DNA of 64,000 nt from Mobula hypostoma (lineage: Eukaryota): positions 204,540,001 to 204,604,000 of the forward strand of contig NC_086100.1 of assembly GCF_963921235.1 (NCBI RefSeq). Reading direction: 5' to 3'. The notes below the pieces were generated by a model. That model was not told where the DNA came from. It saw only the letters and a program-made list of their open reading frames with translations, and did no database searches. Both the position numbers and the translations under genes were made by a program. Positions 23,158 to 36,014 of the stretch are shown here, piece by piece (position 1 is the stretch's first letter; every line of letters starts with the position of its first letter).

Positions 23158-24987
23158 TAATCTTAAGTTCCCTTTCCCAAGCAGTCTGAACTTTATTAGA
23201 TACGTCTGGATGTATTTTCATAATTATATTATAAATAGTTGCTATTACAACTTTCCGCAAAGGGTTTAAATCTAAAATATTTTCCAAAATATCTGTTGAA
23301 TATAAATTCGGGAAGGTAGGAAAAACAGTATTTACAAAGTTTCTAATCTGTAAACATCTAAAGAAATGTGATGTAGGCAAGTTATATTTTTCTTAAATAA
23401 TTGTTCAAAGGACATGAAACAATTATCCAAAAATAGATCACAAAATCGTACTATACTTTTAGTTTTCCAAGCCAAATATGATAGAGGGTTGAAAGAAGAA
23501 ATTAGATATAATAGGACTTGCTAGAAAAAATTGATTCAACCCAAAGAAAAATTCAAAATTGAAACCATATTCATAAAGTATATTTCACTATTGGGTTATC
23601 CATTTGTTTATACAATGTAGAAAGACTAAAGGGAAACAAAGTCCCTAAAATAGAACCCAATGAAAGCCCTTGTAAAGAATTACATTCAAGATTTACCCAA
23701 TGTGGACCTGAAGTTACGTCAGAGTCCCATCATCAAAATTTTAAATATGGAATATTAATTGCCCAATCGTAAAATCTAAAATCCGGCAATGCCAAATACC
23801 CCTCCTTTTCAGATTTCTGTAAATATCTTTTACCTAACCTAGGATTTTTGTTCTGCCATATATATGAGGAAATTTTGGAATCAACATTATCAAAAAAGGC
23901 ATTTGGAATAAAAATTGGCACTGCTTGAAATAAATACAAAAAATCATCTTGACAGCATTGATCCGACCGATCAATGAGAGAGACTTTGGTGACCATTTAG
24001 TAAACAGAAGTTTAATCTGATCAATTAATAGTTTAAAAAAAAAAGCCTTAAATAAATACTTTTTTTTTGTAATTTTAACCCCTAAATAAGTGAAAAAGTC
24101 GGTACCAATTTAAATGGTAAACAACCATAAATTGGAACCTGCACATTTAGGGGAAATCATTCACTCTTATTAAGGTTCAATTTATAACCATAAAAATTAC
24201 TAAACTGAGCAAACAAGAATAAAATAGCGGGAATGGATTTCTCAGGATTAGAAATGTATAATAACGAACCATCTGAATTTAATGATAACTTATGTATTTC
24301 TTTCCCACGGGTAATACCAAAAATGTTAGGTGAGTCTTGGATAGCAATTGCTAAAGGGCAATATCAAATAATAATGGACTAAGAGGACATCCCTGCCTAG
24401 AACCCGAGCTAAGTAAAAAAAGGAAGATCTTTTATTGTTAGTACAAACCGAAGCTACAGGGGTATGATATATCAATTTAATCCAAGATATAAATATCAGA
24501 CTAAAATTAAATTTCTCAAGCACACTAAATAGATATGGCCATTCAACTCTGTCAAAAGCTTTTTCAGTATCTAATGACATAACACATTCTGGAGTACTAA
24601 GTGAAGGAGTATAAACAATATTCGTTAACCTCCTAATATTAAAAGATGAATAACGATTTTTAATAAATCCAGTTTGGTCCACAGAGATAATTTGAGGTAA
24701 TACTTTCTCTAACCTAGTTGCTAATACTTTAGAAAAAAAATAGAATCTACATTCAGGAGAAATATCAGTCTGTATGATGCACAACCAGTAGGATCTTCAT
24801 TCTTTTTAAGAATTAAAAAAATAGAAGCTCCATAAAATGATTGTGGTAATTTACCTAATCTGATAGCTTCTTCAAAAACTTTAGACAACCAAGGAGAAAG
24901 GATAGAAGAAAAAAACTTTAAAAATTCCCCTGTAATACCATCTGGACCCGGTGCTTTGCAAGAATTCATTGAGGAAATAACAGCTGT

Positions 24988-27218
24988 ATAGTTATGGAGA
25001 AGAAAAGGTCTGGACCCAGGGTTGAGATTTTTGATTGTAGAAAGGCTAACTTTGAGGAGATGCGAAAGGATTTAGAAGGAGTGGATTGGGACAATTTGTT
25101 TTATGGGAAGAATGTAATAGAGAAATGGAGGTCATTTAAAGGTGAAATTTTGAGAATGCAGAATCGTTATGTTCCCGTTAGGTTGAAAGTTTGAGAGAGC
25201 CATGGTTTTCAAGGGATATTGGAAACTTGGTTCCGAAAAAGAGAGAGATCTACAATAAATATAGGCAGCATGGAGTAAATGAGGCGCTCGAGGAATATAA
25301 AGAATGCAAAAAGAATCTTAAGAAAGAAATCAGAAAAGCTAAAAGAAGATACAAGGTTGCTTTGGCAAGTAAAGTGAAAATAAATCCCAAGGGTTTCTAC
25401 CATTATATCAACAACAAAAGGATAGTGAGGCATAAAATTGGTCCCTTAGAGAATCAGAGTGGACAGCTACGTGTGGAGCCAAAAGAGATGGGGAGATTCT
25501 AAACAATTTATTTTCTTCGGTATTGACTAAGGAGAAGGATATTGCATTGTATAAGACAAGGGAAACAGGTAGGGAAGTTACGGAAACCATGATAATTAAA
25601 GAAGAGGAAGTACTGGAGCTTTTAAGGAATATAAAAGTGGATAAGTCTCCAGGTCCTGACAAGATATTCCCTAGGACCATGAGGGAAGTTAGTGTGGAAA
25701 TAGCAGGGGCTCTGACAGAAATATTTCAAATGTCATTAGAAACGGGGATGGTGCCGGAGGATTGGCGTATTGCTCATGTTGTTCCTTTGTTTAAAAAGGG
25801 TTCTAAGAGTAAACCGAGCAATTATCGGCCTGTGAGTTTGACGTCAGTGGTGGGTAACTTGATGGAAAGTATTCTTACAGATGGTATATATAATTACCTG
25901 GATAGACAGGGTCTGATTAGGAACAGTCAACATGGATTTGTGCGGGGAAGGTCATGGTTGACAAATCTTACTGATTTTTTTGAACAGGTTAGTGGGAATG
26001 TTGACGAGGGCAAAGCGGTGGATGTTGTATGTATGGACTTCAGAAAGGCCTTTGACAAAGTCCCACACGGAAGGTTAGTTAGGAAGGTTCAATCGTTAGG
26101 TATTACTATTGAAGTAGTAAAATTGATTCAGCAGTGGCTGGATGGGCAACACCAGAGAGTAGTGGTGAATAACTGTAAGTCAGATTGGAGGCCGGTGACT
26201 CGTGCTGTGCCTCAGGGATCTGTACTGGGTCCAGTGTTATTTGTCATATACATTAATGATCTGGATGATGGGGTGGTAAATTGGATTCGTAAGTATGCAG
26301 ATGATACTAAGATAGGTGGAGTTGTGGATAATGAAGTAGGTTCTCAAAGCTTGCAGACAGATTTAGGCCAGTTAGAAGAGTGGGCTGAAAGATGGCAGAT
26401 GGAGGTTAATGCTGATAAATGTGAGGTGCTACATTTTGGTAGGACTAATCAAAATAGGACATACATGGTAAATGGTAGGGCATTGAAGAATGCAGTGGAA
26501 TAGAGGGATCTAGGAATAATGGTGCACAGTTCCCTGAAGGTGGAATCTCATGTGGATAGGGTGATGAAGAAAGCTTTTGGTATGCTGGCCTTTATAAATC
26601 AGAGCATTGCGTATAGGAGTTGGGATGTAATGTTGAAATTGTACAAGGCATTGGTGAGGTCAAATTTGGAGTATTGTGTACAGTTTTGGTCACCAAATTA
26701 TAGGAAAGATGTCAACAAAATAGAGAGAGTACAGAGAAGATTTACTAGAATGTTACCTGAGTTTCATCACCTAAGTTACAGAGATGGGTAGAACAAGTTG
26801 GGTCTTTATTCTTTGGAACGTAGAAGGTTGAGGGGGAACTTGATAGAGGTATTTAAAATTATGAGGGGGATAGATAGAGTTGACGTGGATAGGCTTTTTC
26901 CATTGAGAGTGGGGGAGATTCAAACAAGAGGACATGAGTTGAGAGTTAAAGGGCAAAAGTTCAGGGGAACGGGGGGGGGGAACTTCTTTACTCAGAGAGT
27001 GGTAACTGTGTGGAACGAGCTTCCAGCAGAAGTTGTTGAGGCAGGTTCGATGTTGTCGTTTAAAGTTAAATTGGACAGCTATATGGACAGGAAAGGAATG
27101 GAGGGTTATGGGCTGAGTGCGGGTCGGTGGGACGAGGTGGGAGTAAGAGTTCGGCATGAACTAGAAGGGCCGAGATGGCCTGTTTCTGTGCTGTAATTGT
27201 TATATAGTTATATGGTTA
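24988..27218 (+). mobile_element. CR1 LINE nested in L1 ORF2
   Basis: RT motifs KSPGPD, NYRPVSL, VPQGSVLGP, YADD; (ttatatgg)-type tail; L1 resumes EEITAVISSMN across the insertion. Confidence 0.93.
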
Positions 27219-28382
27219 TTTCTTCATCCGTAATAGGAGTTTCTAATATTAAACATTCTTCGGGTGATAATTTCGGAAAATTCAATTACCTTAAAAAGTC
27301 ATGCATGGTGTTGGGATCCTGAGGAAATTCAGAATGGTATAATGAGGTATAAAATTCTTGAAAAGATTTGTTTATGTCGTCATGATTAACTGTCAAGGTA
27401 TCATCATGTTTGCGAATCTTAATAACTTGATGTTTAACCGAAGCAGTTTTCAATTGGTTAGCTGATAATTTACCCAATTTGTCACTATGTATATAAAACT
27501 CAATTCTAGTTTTCATTAATTGATTTTCAATTGAGGATGTTAATAATAAGTTGTGTTCCATTTGAAGCTGGACTCTCTGTTTATAAAGCTCCTTACTAGG
27601 AGCAATAGAATATTTCTTATCAATTTCTTTAATTTTATCAACCAACAAAAGTGTTTCATTCTTAATACATTTTTTCAAACCAACAGAATAAGAAATAATC
27701 TGTCCATGGATATATGCTTTAAAAGTGTCCCATACTGTTCCGTTGGAGATTTCTTCCGTAATATTAGTTGAAAAGAAGAGATCAAACTGTTCCTTCATAA
27801 ACTTAACAAAATCCAGGTCTTGGAGCAAATTAGCATTAAATCGCCATTGTCTAATACTCAGAGAAGTATCCATTAACTTGATAGAAAGTTTCATTGGAAC
27901 ATGATCAGAAATGGCGATAATGTTCTAATTATTGTCAATTACAGATGGAATTAAACGAGAGTCAATAAAAAAGTAGTCAATTCGAGAATAAGAATGATAA
28001 ACATGTGAGAAGAATGAAAACTCTTTATCCTTACGATATAAAAATCTGCAAATTTCTGAAAGTCCAGAAACAATCATAAAAGATTTGATAAGAGTAGCTG
28101 ACTTATTCGGTAAAGCCTGACTAGATATGGATCTATCCATCAGGGGATTTAAACAGGAATTAAAATCTCCACCCGTTATCAACATATTCTTTTTTAAATT
28201 AGGAAAAGAAGTAAATAAATGCTTAAAAAATTCGGAAAAATCCACGTTTGGAGCATAAACATTGACCATAGCAACTTTTTTTATTAAAAAGTAACCCAGT
28301 AATTAACAAAAAGCTACCACTTGGATATGAAACGATGTCATGATGAACAAATGTAATTGAGGAATCTATAAAAATTGAGACT

Positions 28383-29048
28383 GGAAGAGGAGAAGATGAC
28401 AGCGTGTCACAGCGCGCAGCGGCCACTCTGGTGAATGATATCTGTAATCTGTCAAGTAGGGTGCCGTGCACAATCCTGAATTGATGGAGACAGACGTGAG
28501 AGAACAGAGGAACTTCTGAAATGCCTGTTTTGCTGCCGCTGCGACTGTGTGATCCAGAGTCTCCGGAGAAGGCTCCGAGTCCTTGGCTTTGCTTGTTGCT
28601 GAGCGGCCGGGGCAGGGTCGAGGCGCTCGGCAGAGATGGTGCTCGGTACTTGGTGTCGGAGGCTCGAAGTTTTCGGACGGACTCAGTCGGCTGTGGTCAG
28701 ATGTTTCCAGGGTGCCGCATCAGCAGTTGTCGGCGCCTGGAGGTTTATGGCAGGGAGAGTTTCTCCCTTTTGCCACCTGCTATCAGGGACTATCGGGAGT
28801 CGATCGGAACTTTGAGACCTTTTTTGAAACTGTGCCCATGGTCTACTCTTTATCAAATTATGGTATTGCTTTGCACTGCAGTAACTATATGTTATAATTA
28901 TATGGTCTTGTCAGTGTTAGTCTTTGGTTTGTCCCTTTTTTTGTGATATCTTTCTGGAGGAACATTGTATCATTTCTTAATGCATGCATTTCTAAATGAC
29001 AATAAACGAGGACTGAGTGTCCTCATAATCTAATCTAATCTAATCTAA
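28383..29048 (+). mobile_element. Non-coding, non-autonomous retroelement (SINE-like) nested in L1
   Basis: CpG-rich head starting ggaagaggagaagatgac, AT-rich body, AATAAA, (taatc)n tail, 3-bp act duplication. Confidence 0.7.
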
Positions 29049-31106
29049 ACTATTCCAATGGCTTTGGCCTGAGAGTTTGAGTGATACTTTTATTCCTTCC
29101 AAAACCTAAAGAAACATTGATTATCCTCTTTCTTCACATGAGTTTCTTGTGCAAAAATAATATGAGCATTCAGTCTGTGGAATACTTGAAAAATCTTTTT
29201 CCATTTTATTGGATGGTTTCAGCCATTTGTATTCCAAGAGACAAAATTAATAATCTGAGCCATAGTTTAAAGACAACCCTTTGGTATATAAAAAGTTAAG
29301 CTTAAGGTAAACACGTGAAATCAGAAGAGGAATAAATATTCAGAGCGGAACCGGAAGTCACGACACTGCAGACATCTTTGTAGTTCTGAATCAGCCCAAT
29401 AGAAAAGTCTAATAACAAAAGTAAAGTACCCCCTGCCCTCTACCCATAAAGTCCCGAACCTACGCCAGAAAGGGCTAGAAAAAGAACTAAGAACTAATAC
29501 TAAATCTACCCCCATTTCTCCAGAAGGCAACTCCAAAGATATATGTTAAAAAGAACCACCCCCCCGAAATCCAAAAAAATTAAACATTGTACTATAATAA
29601 TCTTCAAATTGTGATTTCTAAAATGAACGAAAAAAAAGTAAGTGCCGACACATATTTTTAATTAATTACAAATATAAATAATTGAAAATGGCACTTCAGA
29701 AAAGAAAGGAATTATGGGGAGAAGGAACATGAAAAAATGGCATAGTAAAAAGACAAAAGGTATTCTGAAAGAAGGGAGACAGACCGCCATCTTAATCATA
29801 CAAAGCGAAAAAAATAAACAAGATATTCCTCCATACATTAGAAATTCACCATCAAATCATTAGTAACAATATCAGAAATCAAATAATTAGGAACTAACAA
29901 AGTTAAAAAAAATGAATTCATTAACAAGAAAAAAAACTTTAATTGAAATGTGAAAAATGTCTATGAACCAGAAACGAAAAGCTTGAACTTATAAAAGTCC
30001 ATCTTAGTACAATGATTATAGGCTTTAAAGAAAAAGCACGTAAAAACAGAGCCAATGCTGCTAGAGCCATACATTAATTAGAGCAAAGTATCCGTAGCAG
30101 TTGAATAGTGCTCATCCAAAAAACTTCGAACCGCACTTGTGGAATAGAAGACACGGCGTGGTCCCTCTGAAGGAGAAATTCTTAAACAGGCAGGATACAA
30201 TAAGGCTCGTCTGAGACCTTTTTGGCAGCATTCTGACATCAGAGGTTTGAAAGCCAGCTGCTCCTTCATCACTTCTGGACTGCAGTCCTCCACTAAACGG
30301 AACTGATAATGTTGAAATTTAATCATACCTTACCGACGGGCAATTCAGATGAGATGCTCCTTAACATGAACGTAATGGAAATGGAGGATCACTGGCCTCG
30401 GTTTAAATTCGGAGGTCAGTTTGGGACGCAATGTAGAGTGAACACGGTCAAGCAATGGAGGATCGTCCGGGAATACAGAGCTAACCGCATCCTTTAAAAG
30501 TTGAGAGAAGAATTTTAAAGGGCCCCCTTCCTCGACATCCTCGGGGAGACCAATTATACGTAAGTTCTGTCTTCTAGATCGGTTTTCAAGATCAATAATC
30601 TTGGATTTAAAACGCTCTAGCTATTTAGTTGTATAAGACAATTTCTATTCCAAACTCTCAATTTTCAAATCTTCCGAGCTTTGTTGTCCAATTCAGTAAT
30701 TTTACTTTGTTTCTGTTTAACTTCACAACCAAGCGATTCCAAAGAATCCTTAATTGACTTTAAATCTTCTTTAAAACTTTGACGTTGTTGTTCAAATTTT
30801 TCATTTAAAACATTCAGCAGAATGTCATAAAATAGTTCAGATTGCTTGCATTCACCTTTTTCCCTCCTGTTCCCATCGGAATCTTTCCCATTTTTAGGAT
30901 CTCGCACTTTGGATCTTGTACTTATTTCTTTGCTCATTTCTTCAAATTTCACAGTTACAGTTCAAGGATAAATCAATAGTGCAGAATAAATCTTCTAGAT
31001 TAGGTAAAATAAATTAAATAAGGGTGATCATAGGTTAAGAAAAAAGTAACGATAATGGAGCAAAGCCAAAAACAACCTCACTCCATGAGCGCCTCCTGGA
31101 GAATCC

Positions 31107-31197
31107 ACAGAAGATGGGACATGTGGTAAGACGCTCTTTTAATCTTGACTGAATTCAAGATGTTGTCCCGCATCTCTGGGCAATTTCCGGCCATGAA
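31107..31197 (+). pseudogene. ERV protease/RT junction relic
   Basis: DVVPHLWAISGHE resembles the P.LWA start of class I retroviral RT. Confidence 0.5.
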
Positions 31198-33450
31198 TTG
31201 GGTGAGCATCTAGGGGACAGTGACCACTGCTCCCTGGCGTTTAGCATTATCATGGAAAAGGATAGAATCAGAGAGGACAGGAAAATTTTTAATTGGGGAA
31301 AGGCAAATTATGCTATAAGGCTAGAACTTGCGGGTGTGAATTGGGATGATGTTTTTGCAGGGAAATGTACTATGGACGTGTGGTCGATGTTTAGAGATCT
31401 CTTGCGGGATGTAAGGGATAAATTTGTCCCGGTGAGGAAGATAAAGAACAGTAGGGTGAAGGAACCATGGGTGACAAGTGAGGTGGAAAATCTAGTCAGG
31501 TGGAAGAAGGCAGCTTACATGAGGTTTAGGAAGCAAGGATCAGATGGGTCTATTGAGGAATATAGGGATGCAAGAAAGGATCTTAAGGGGCTGAGAAGAG
31601 CAAGAAGGGGGCATGAGAAGGCCTTGGTGAGTAGGGTAAAGGAAAACCCCAAGGCATTCTTCAATTATGTGAAGAAAAAAAGGATGACAGGAGTGAAGGT
31701 AGGACCGATTAGAGATAAAGGTGGGAAGATGTGCCTGGAGGCTGTGGAAGTGAGCGAGGTCCTCAATGAATACTTCTCTTTGGTATTCACCAATGAGAGG
31801 GAACTTGATGATGGTGAGGACAATATGAGTGAGGCTGATGTTTTGGAGCATGTTGATATTAAGGGAGAGGAGGTGTTGGAGTTGTTAAAATACATTAAGA
31901 CAGATAAGTCCCCGGGACCTGACGGAATATTCCCCAGGCTGCTCCACGAGGTGAGAGAAGAGATTACTGAGCCTCTGGCTAGGATCTTTATGTCCTCTTT
32001 GTCCACGGGAATGGTACCGGTGGATTGGAGGGAGGCGAATGTTGTCCCCTTGTTTAAAAAAGCTAGTAGGGATAGTCCGGGTAATTATAGACCAGTGAGC
32101 CTGACGTCTGTGGTGGGAAAGCTGTTGGAAAAGATTCTTAGAGATAGGATCTATGGGCATTTAGAGAATCATGGTCTAATCAGGGACAGTCAGCATGGCT
32201 TTGTGAAGGGCAGATCGTGTCTAACAAGCCTGATAGAGTTCTTTGAGGAGGTGACCAGGCATATAGATGAGGGTAGTGCAGTGGATGTGATCTATATGGA
32301 TTTTAGTAAGGCATCTGACAAGGTTCCACACGGTAGGCTTATTCAGAAAGTTAGAAGGCATGGGATCCAGGGAAGTTTGGCCAGGTGGATTCAGAATTGG
32401 CTTGCCTGCAGAAGGCAGAGGGTGGTGGTGGAGGGAGTACATTCAGATTGGAGGATTGTGACTAGTGGTGTCCCACAAGGATCTGTTCTGGGACCTCTAC
32501 TTTTCGTGAATTTTATTAACAACCTGGATGTAGGGGTAGAAGGGTGGGTTGGAAAGTTTGCAGATGACACAAAGGTTGGTGGTGTTGTAGATAGTGTGGA
32601 GGATTGTCAAAGATTGCAGAGAGACATTGATGGGATGCAGAAGTGGGCTGAGAAGTGGCAGATGGAGTTCAACCCAGAGAAGTGTGAGGTGGTACACTTT
32701 GGAAGGACAAACTCCAAGGCAGAGTACAAAGTAAATAGCAGGATACTTGGTAGTGTGGAGGAGCAGAGGGATCTCGGGGTACGTGTCCACAGATCCCTGA
32801 AAGTTGCCTCACAGGTGGATAGGCTAGTTAAGAAAGCTTATGGGGTGTTAGCTTTCATAAGTCGAGGGATAGAGTTTAAGAGTCGCGACGTAATGATGCA
32901 ACTCTATAAAACTCTGGTTAGGCCACACTTGGAGTACTGTGTCCAGTTCTGGTCACCTCACTATAGGAAGGATGTGGAAGCATTGGAAAGGGTACAGAGG
33001 AGATTTACCAGGATGCTGCCTGGTTTAGAAAGTATGCATTATGATCAGAGATTAAGGGAGCTTGGGCTTTACTCTTTAGAGAGAAGGAGAATGAGAGGAG
33101 ACATGATGGAGGTGTACAAGATAATAAGAGGGATAGATAAGAGTGGATAGCCAGCGCCTCCTCCCCAGGGCACCACTGCTCAATACAAGAGGACATGGCT
33201 TTAAGGTAAGGGGTGGGAAGTTCAAGGGGGATATTAGAAGAAGGTTTTTTGCTCAGAGAGTGATTGGTGCGTGGAATGCACTGCCTGAGTCAGTGGTGGA
33301 GGCAGATACACTAGTGAAGTTTAAGAGACTACTAGACAGGTATATGGAGGAATTTAAGATGGGGCTTAAATCGGAGGCAGGGTTTGAGGGTCGGCACAAC
33401 ATTGTGGGCTGAAGGTCCTGTACTGTGCTGTACTATTCTATGTTCTATGT
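31198..33450 (+). mobile_element. CR1 LINE, 5'-truncated, 650-aa open ORF2 segment
   Basis: Complete RT motifs; frameshift near 33143; tail ttctatgttctatgt. Confidence 0.95.
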
Positions 33451-35075
33451 AATTCAGCCGCACTAACTGCCCCCCTGTCCAGATCACTGTGGAAGAAGGA
33501 CAGACTCTCCCATCCATTCCGCAATACCCGAGGCAACGTTTTATGAGGATGGAAGCTCTTTTGTGGATCCAGCAGGAAAACGATATTCTGGCTGTGCGAT
33601 AGTGACGGGCAGTGAAATAGTTGAGCAGGCCTCTTTTGAAGCAGCTGTCTCCGCCCAGAAGGCTGAGCTAATTGCTCTGACTCATCCCTGTATCCTAGCA
33701 ACAGACAAAAGTGCAAACGTTTACACAGACTCCCGTTATGCATTTGAAGTTGTACATGACTACGGGGCTCTCTGGGAACATCGGGAATTCCTGACTTCCT
33801 CTGGCCACCCCATTAGTAATGCCATCTTTGCAAACAACTTCCTCACCGCTCTACAGCTACCTCGAGTTTTGGCTATTATTAAATGTGCGGCCCACACCCG
33901 CATGTCCGACCGGGTCACTAAAGGCAATGCTTTAGTAAATAAGACAGCGAAAAGTGCAACACAATCCTCGGTAGTTGTAGTCCCCTCGGGTTCCCGTCAA
34001 GCAACCCTCCGTGACTCAAGCAGAACGGGTTTTCCAGATATGCTGGAGGTACGTACTTTTCAGGGGGACGCCTCTGAGGAGGAGTGCAAACTGTGGTCCC
34101 AGATGGGGTGCCAGAAAGACACTGACCTAGGCTTTTGGGTCACCTCAGTAGGACAGGTTTGTGTTCCTACACAGCTTTTACAAATATTGGTTGATTATAT
34201 ACATGATTGTACACACCTGGAAAAGGAGGGAATGGTTGGTAACCTGTACCGCGAACACCGGGTACGACTCCCTTGCTAGGTGGACCTTTTTCATGTCTAC
34301 AAGTTGATTTTATTGTATTGTCTAGAGTACTTTGCTATAGATACTGCTTAGTTATTATAGATGTGTTTAGTAGATGGATTGAAGCTATTCCAACTACCAA
34401 TAATACTGCTATGACTGTTGCGAAGGTATTATTACGGGAAATAATTCCCAGGTACGGCCAGCCAGAGACGCTGAGCTCTGACAATGGCCCACACTTTGTG
34501 GTGAAAGTAAACGAAGAGGTATGTAACGAACTAGCTATCAAGCAACAATTCCACTGTGTACACCACCCACGGGCCGCTGGCATTGTGGAGAGAGCTAATC
34601 GCACTCTAAAGAGCAAATTGGCCAAACTAACAGTGGAGACTGGACTCACTTGGTTGAAGGTCCGACCTATTCCACATGTTGGTTACCCCACAGGGGAAAA
34701 CAGAGTTGTCACCAGCTAAAATAATTTATGAACAGCCCATGAGGACACCCTGGGGACCAAGACCTTGTGTACCATTGCTCCCAGAAAGTCTACCAGAAAA
34801 ATTGGATATGCATACCCTAGGGGAAGAGATGGGGAAATATATATGCCAACTAACCAAAATTTTCCAAGCATTACATTCACAGGTACAACAGGCTTACAAG
34901 GAAGGGAACTACTCCACAGACAGGAGTGACTATCCCACCATAGAACCTGGGAATTTTGTCCTGGTCAAGAAATGGGATTGAGGGAAACTCGGACCTCGGT
35001 GGAGAGGAACATATCAGGTGTTACTGACCACTCCCACGGCTGTGAAACTGAAGGGGCAATCTCGGTGGATACATT
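33451..35075 (+). pseudogene. pol: ERV pol 3' half: RNase H and integrase, frameshifted
   Basis: DGSSF..SAQKAELIAL..NVYTDSRYAF..KCAAHT (RNase H); LQVDF..SDNGPHF..GIVERANR (DDE integrase); [15 protein letters not shown] (GPY/F region). Confidence 0.92.
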
Positions 35076-35138
35076 GAACAGACAACAAACGCGTTACTGA
35101 AGGAACTGAGTAGAAGGAGTCTGTCGGACTAAAGGAAA

Positions 35139-35395
35139 ATGAATTGGTTGATAGTGGTGTTTGTGTCTTTGAGAGGGCTCACCCCAGCATCCGGGGGCCC
35201 CCATGTTAACACCTTTCTGTCTCTCTGTCACACCTATGCCAAACAGGTAGAACTAGGGGCCTGCTGGGTTTGTGTCGAATTTCCGCAGCATGGTAAAACT
35301 ATGATTCCAATGTCAGTAATCCCGCTCAACCAGAGTGAGGAACTCTCAGCCTGAGTTTTCTCAAATAACACCCAGGGAAGTGAGGCGAGGAACTG
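35139..35395 (+). pseudogene. env: ERV env N-terminus, truncated
   Basis: Hydrophobic leader MNWLIVVFVSL, NTFL, and CWVC (gamma-type SU CXXC) directly after integrase. Confidence 0.75.
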
Positions 35396-35698
35396 TGGTC
35401 CAAACACAGAACAGCCCATTTACTCAAAGCTTCTCCCTGTTGGAATGGGAACTCATCCTCTCCTCAGATTAGCAGTCATTTCTTCCAAAAGAACTCCACA
35501 AACAAGCATCTGATCCCAGACCAGAAATTCTTGCTCAACACCTTATAAGCCCAAGCAACTCGATCCCTGGGTCCATTTTACCTGGATCAAAAACTGTGAT
35601 ATCCAAGGACCCAACCTCACAGAGTCACACAGCTGAATCTGCCACTCACTGACCCTGAGAGTCTCACACATCGTCCCCGCATCTCACACTGAGTAGTG

Positions 35699-36013
35699 AA
35701 ATCTGGGATTTCCCCACAACCAAAGTCCAGCTGCATGAAATTTCTGCTTCATTGCAGAAGGACAACCATCCAGCCCCATCTGTAGAAGCACTAACCAAAG
35801 TCAAAGCCAAAACACCGACAGTTCCATATGCCTGGAATGTAGATCACAGGATTATAGCCCAAGCACCAACTCTCCCAGTAGCTTTGCTGCCAGTAAAATG
35901 CTGTAGTGTGTCAGCCAGTCACTGTTAAAAAACTAGCACCTCCACACAAATGCAAACAGAACTGGTACCTGATGACCTTCTGGCATTCCAACTAACAAAA
36001 AACTATTCTGGAA
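35699..36013 (-). repeat. Inverted copy of 6940-7247
   Basis: Reverse-complement match. Confidence 0.85.
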
Positions 36014-36014
36014 G

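Larger units (their letters stand above)
22045..31106 (-). mobile_element. Near full-length L1-clade LINE (~6 kb net), disrupted; ORF1 ~30937-30078, ORF2 29263-22429
   Basis: 5' ggattctcc.., ORF1 coiled coil and LLYPACLRI, ORF2 FVSWNTNG..QETH..VNVYAPN..KAPGPDG..SLDTEKAFDRVEW..HMFWSCP, AATAAA and A-rich tail. Confidence 0.92.
16735..35395 (+). mobile_element. Endogenous retrovirus (class I, gamma/epsilon-like), fragmented by nested insertions; no 3' LTR
   Basis: LTR, PBS, leader, gag, pro, RNaseH, IN and env occur in correct order on the + strand once insertions are removed. Confidence 0.9.

Noticed and set aside
28521..28946. 141-aa and 104-aa ORFs in the SINE-like insert
   Set aside because: No domain similarity; expected by chance in GC-rich sequence
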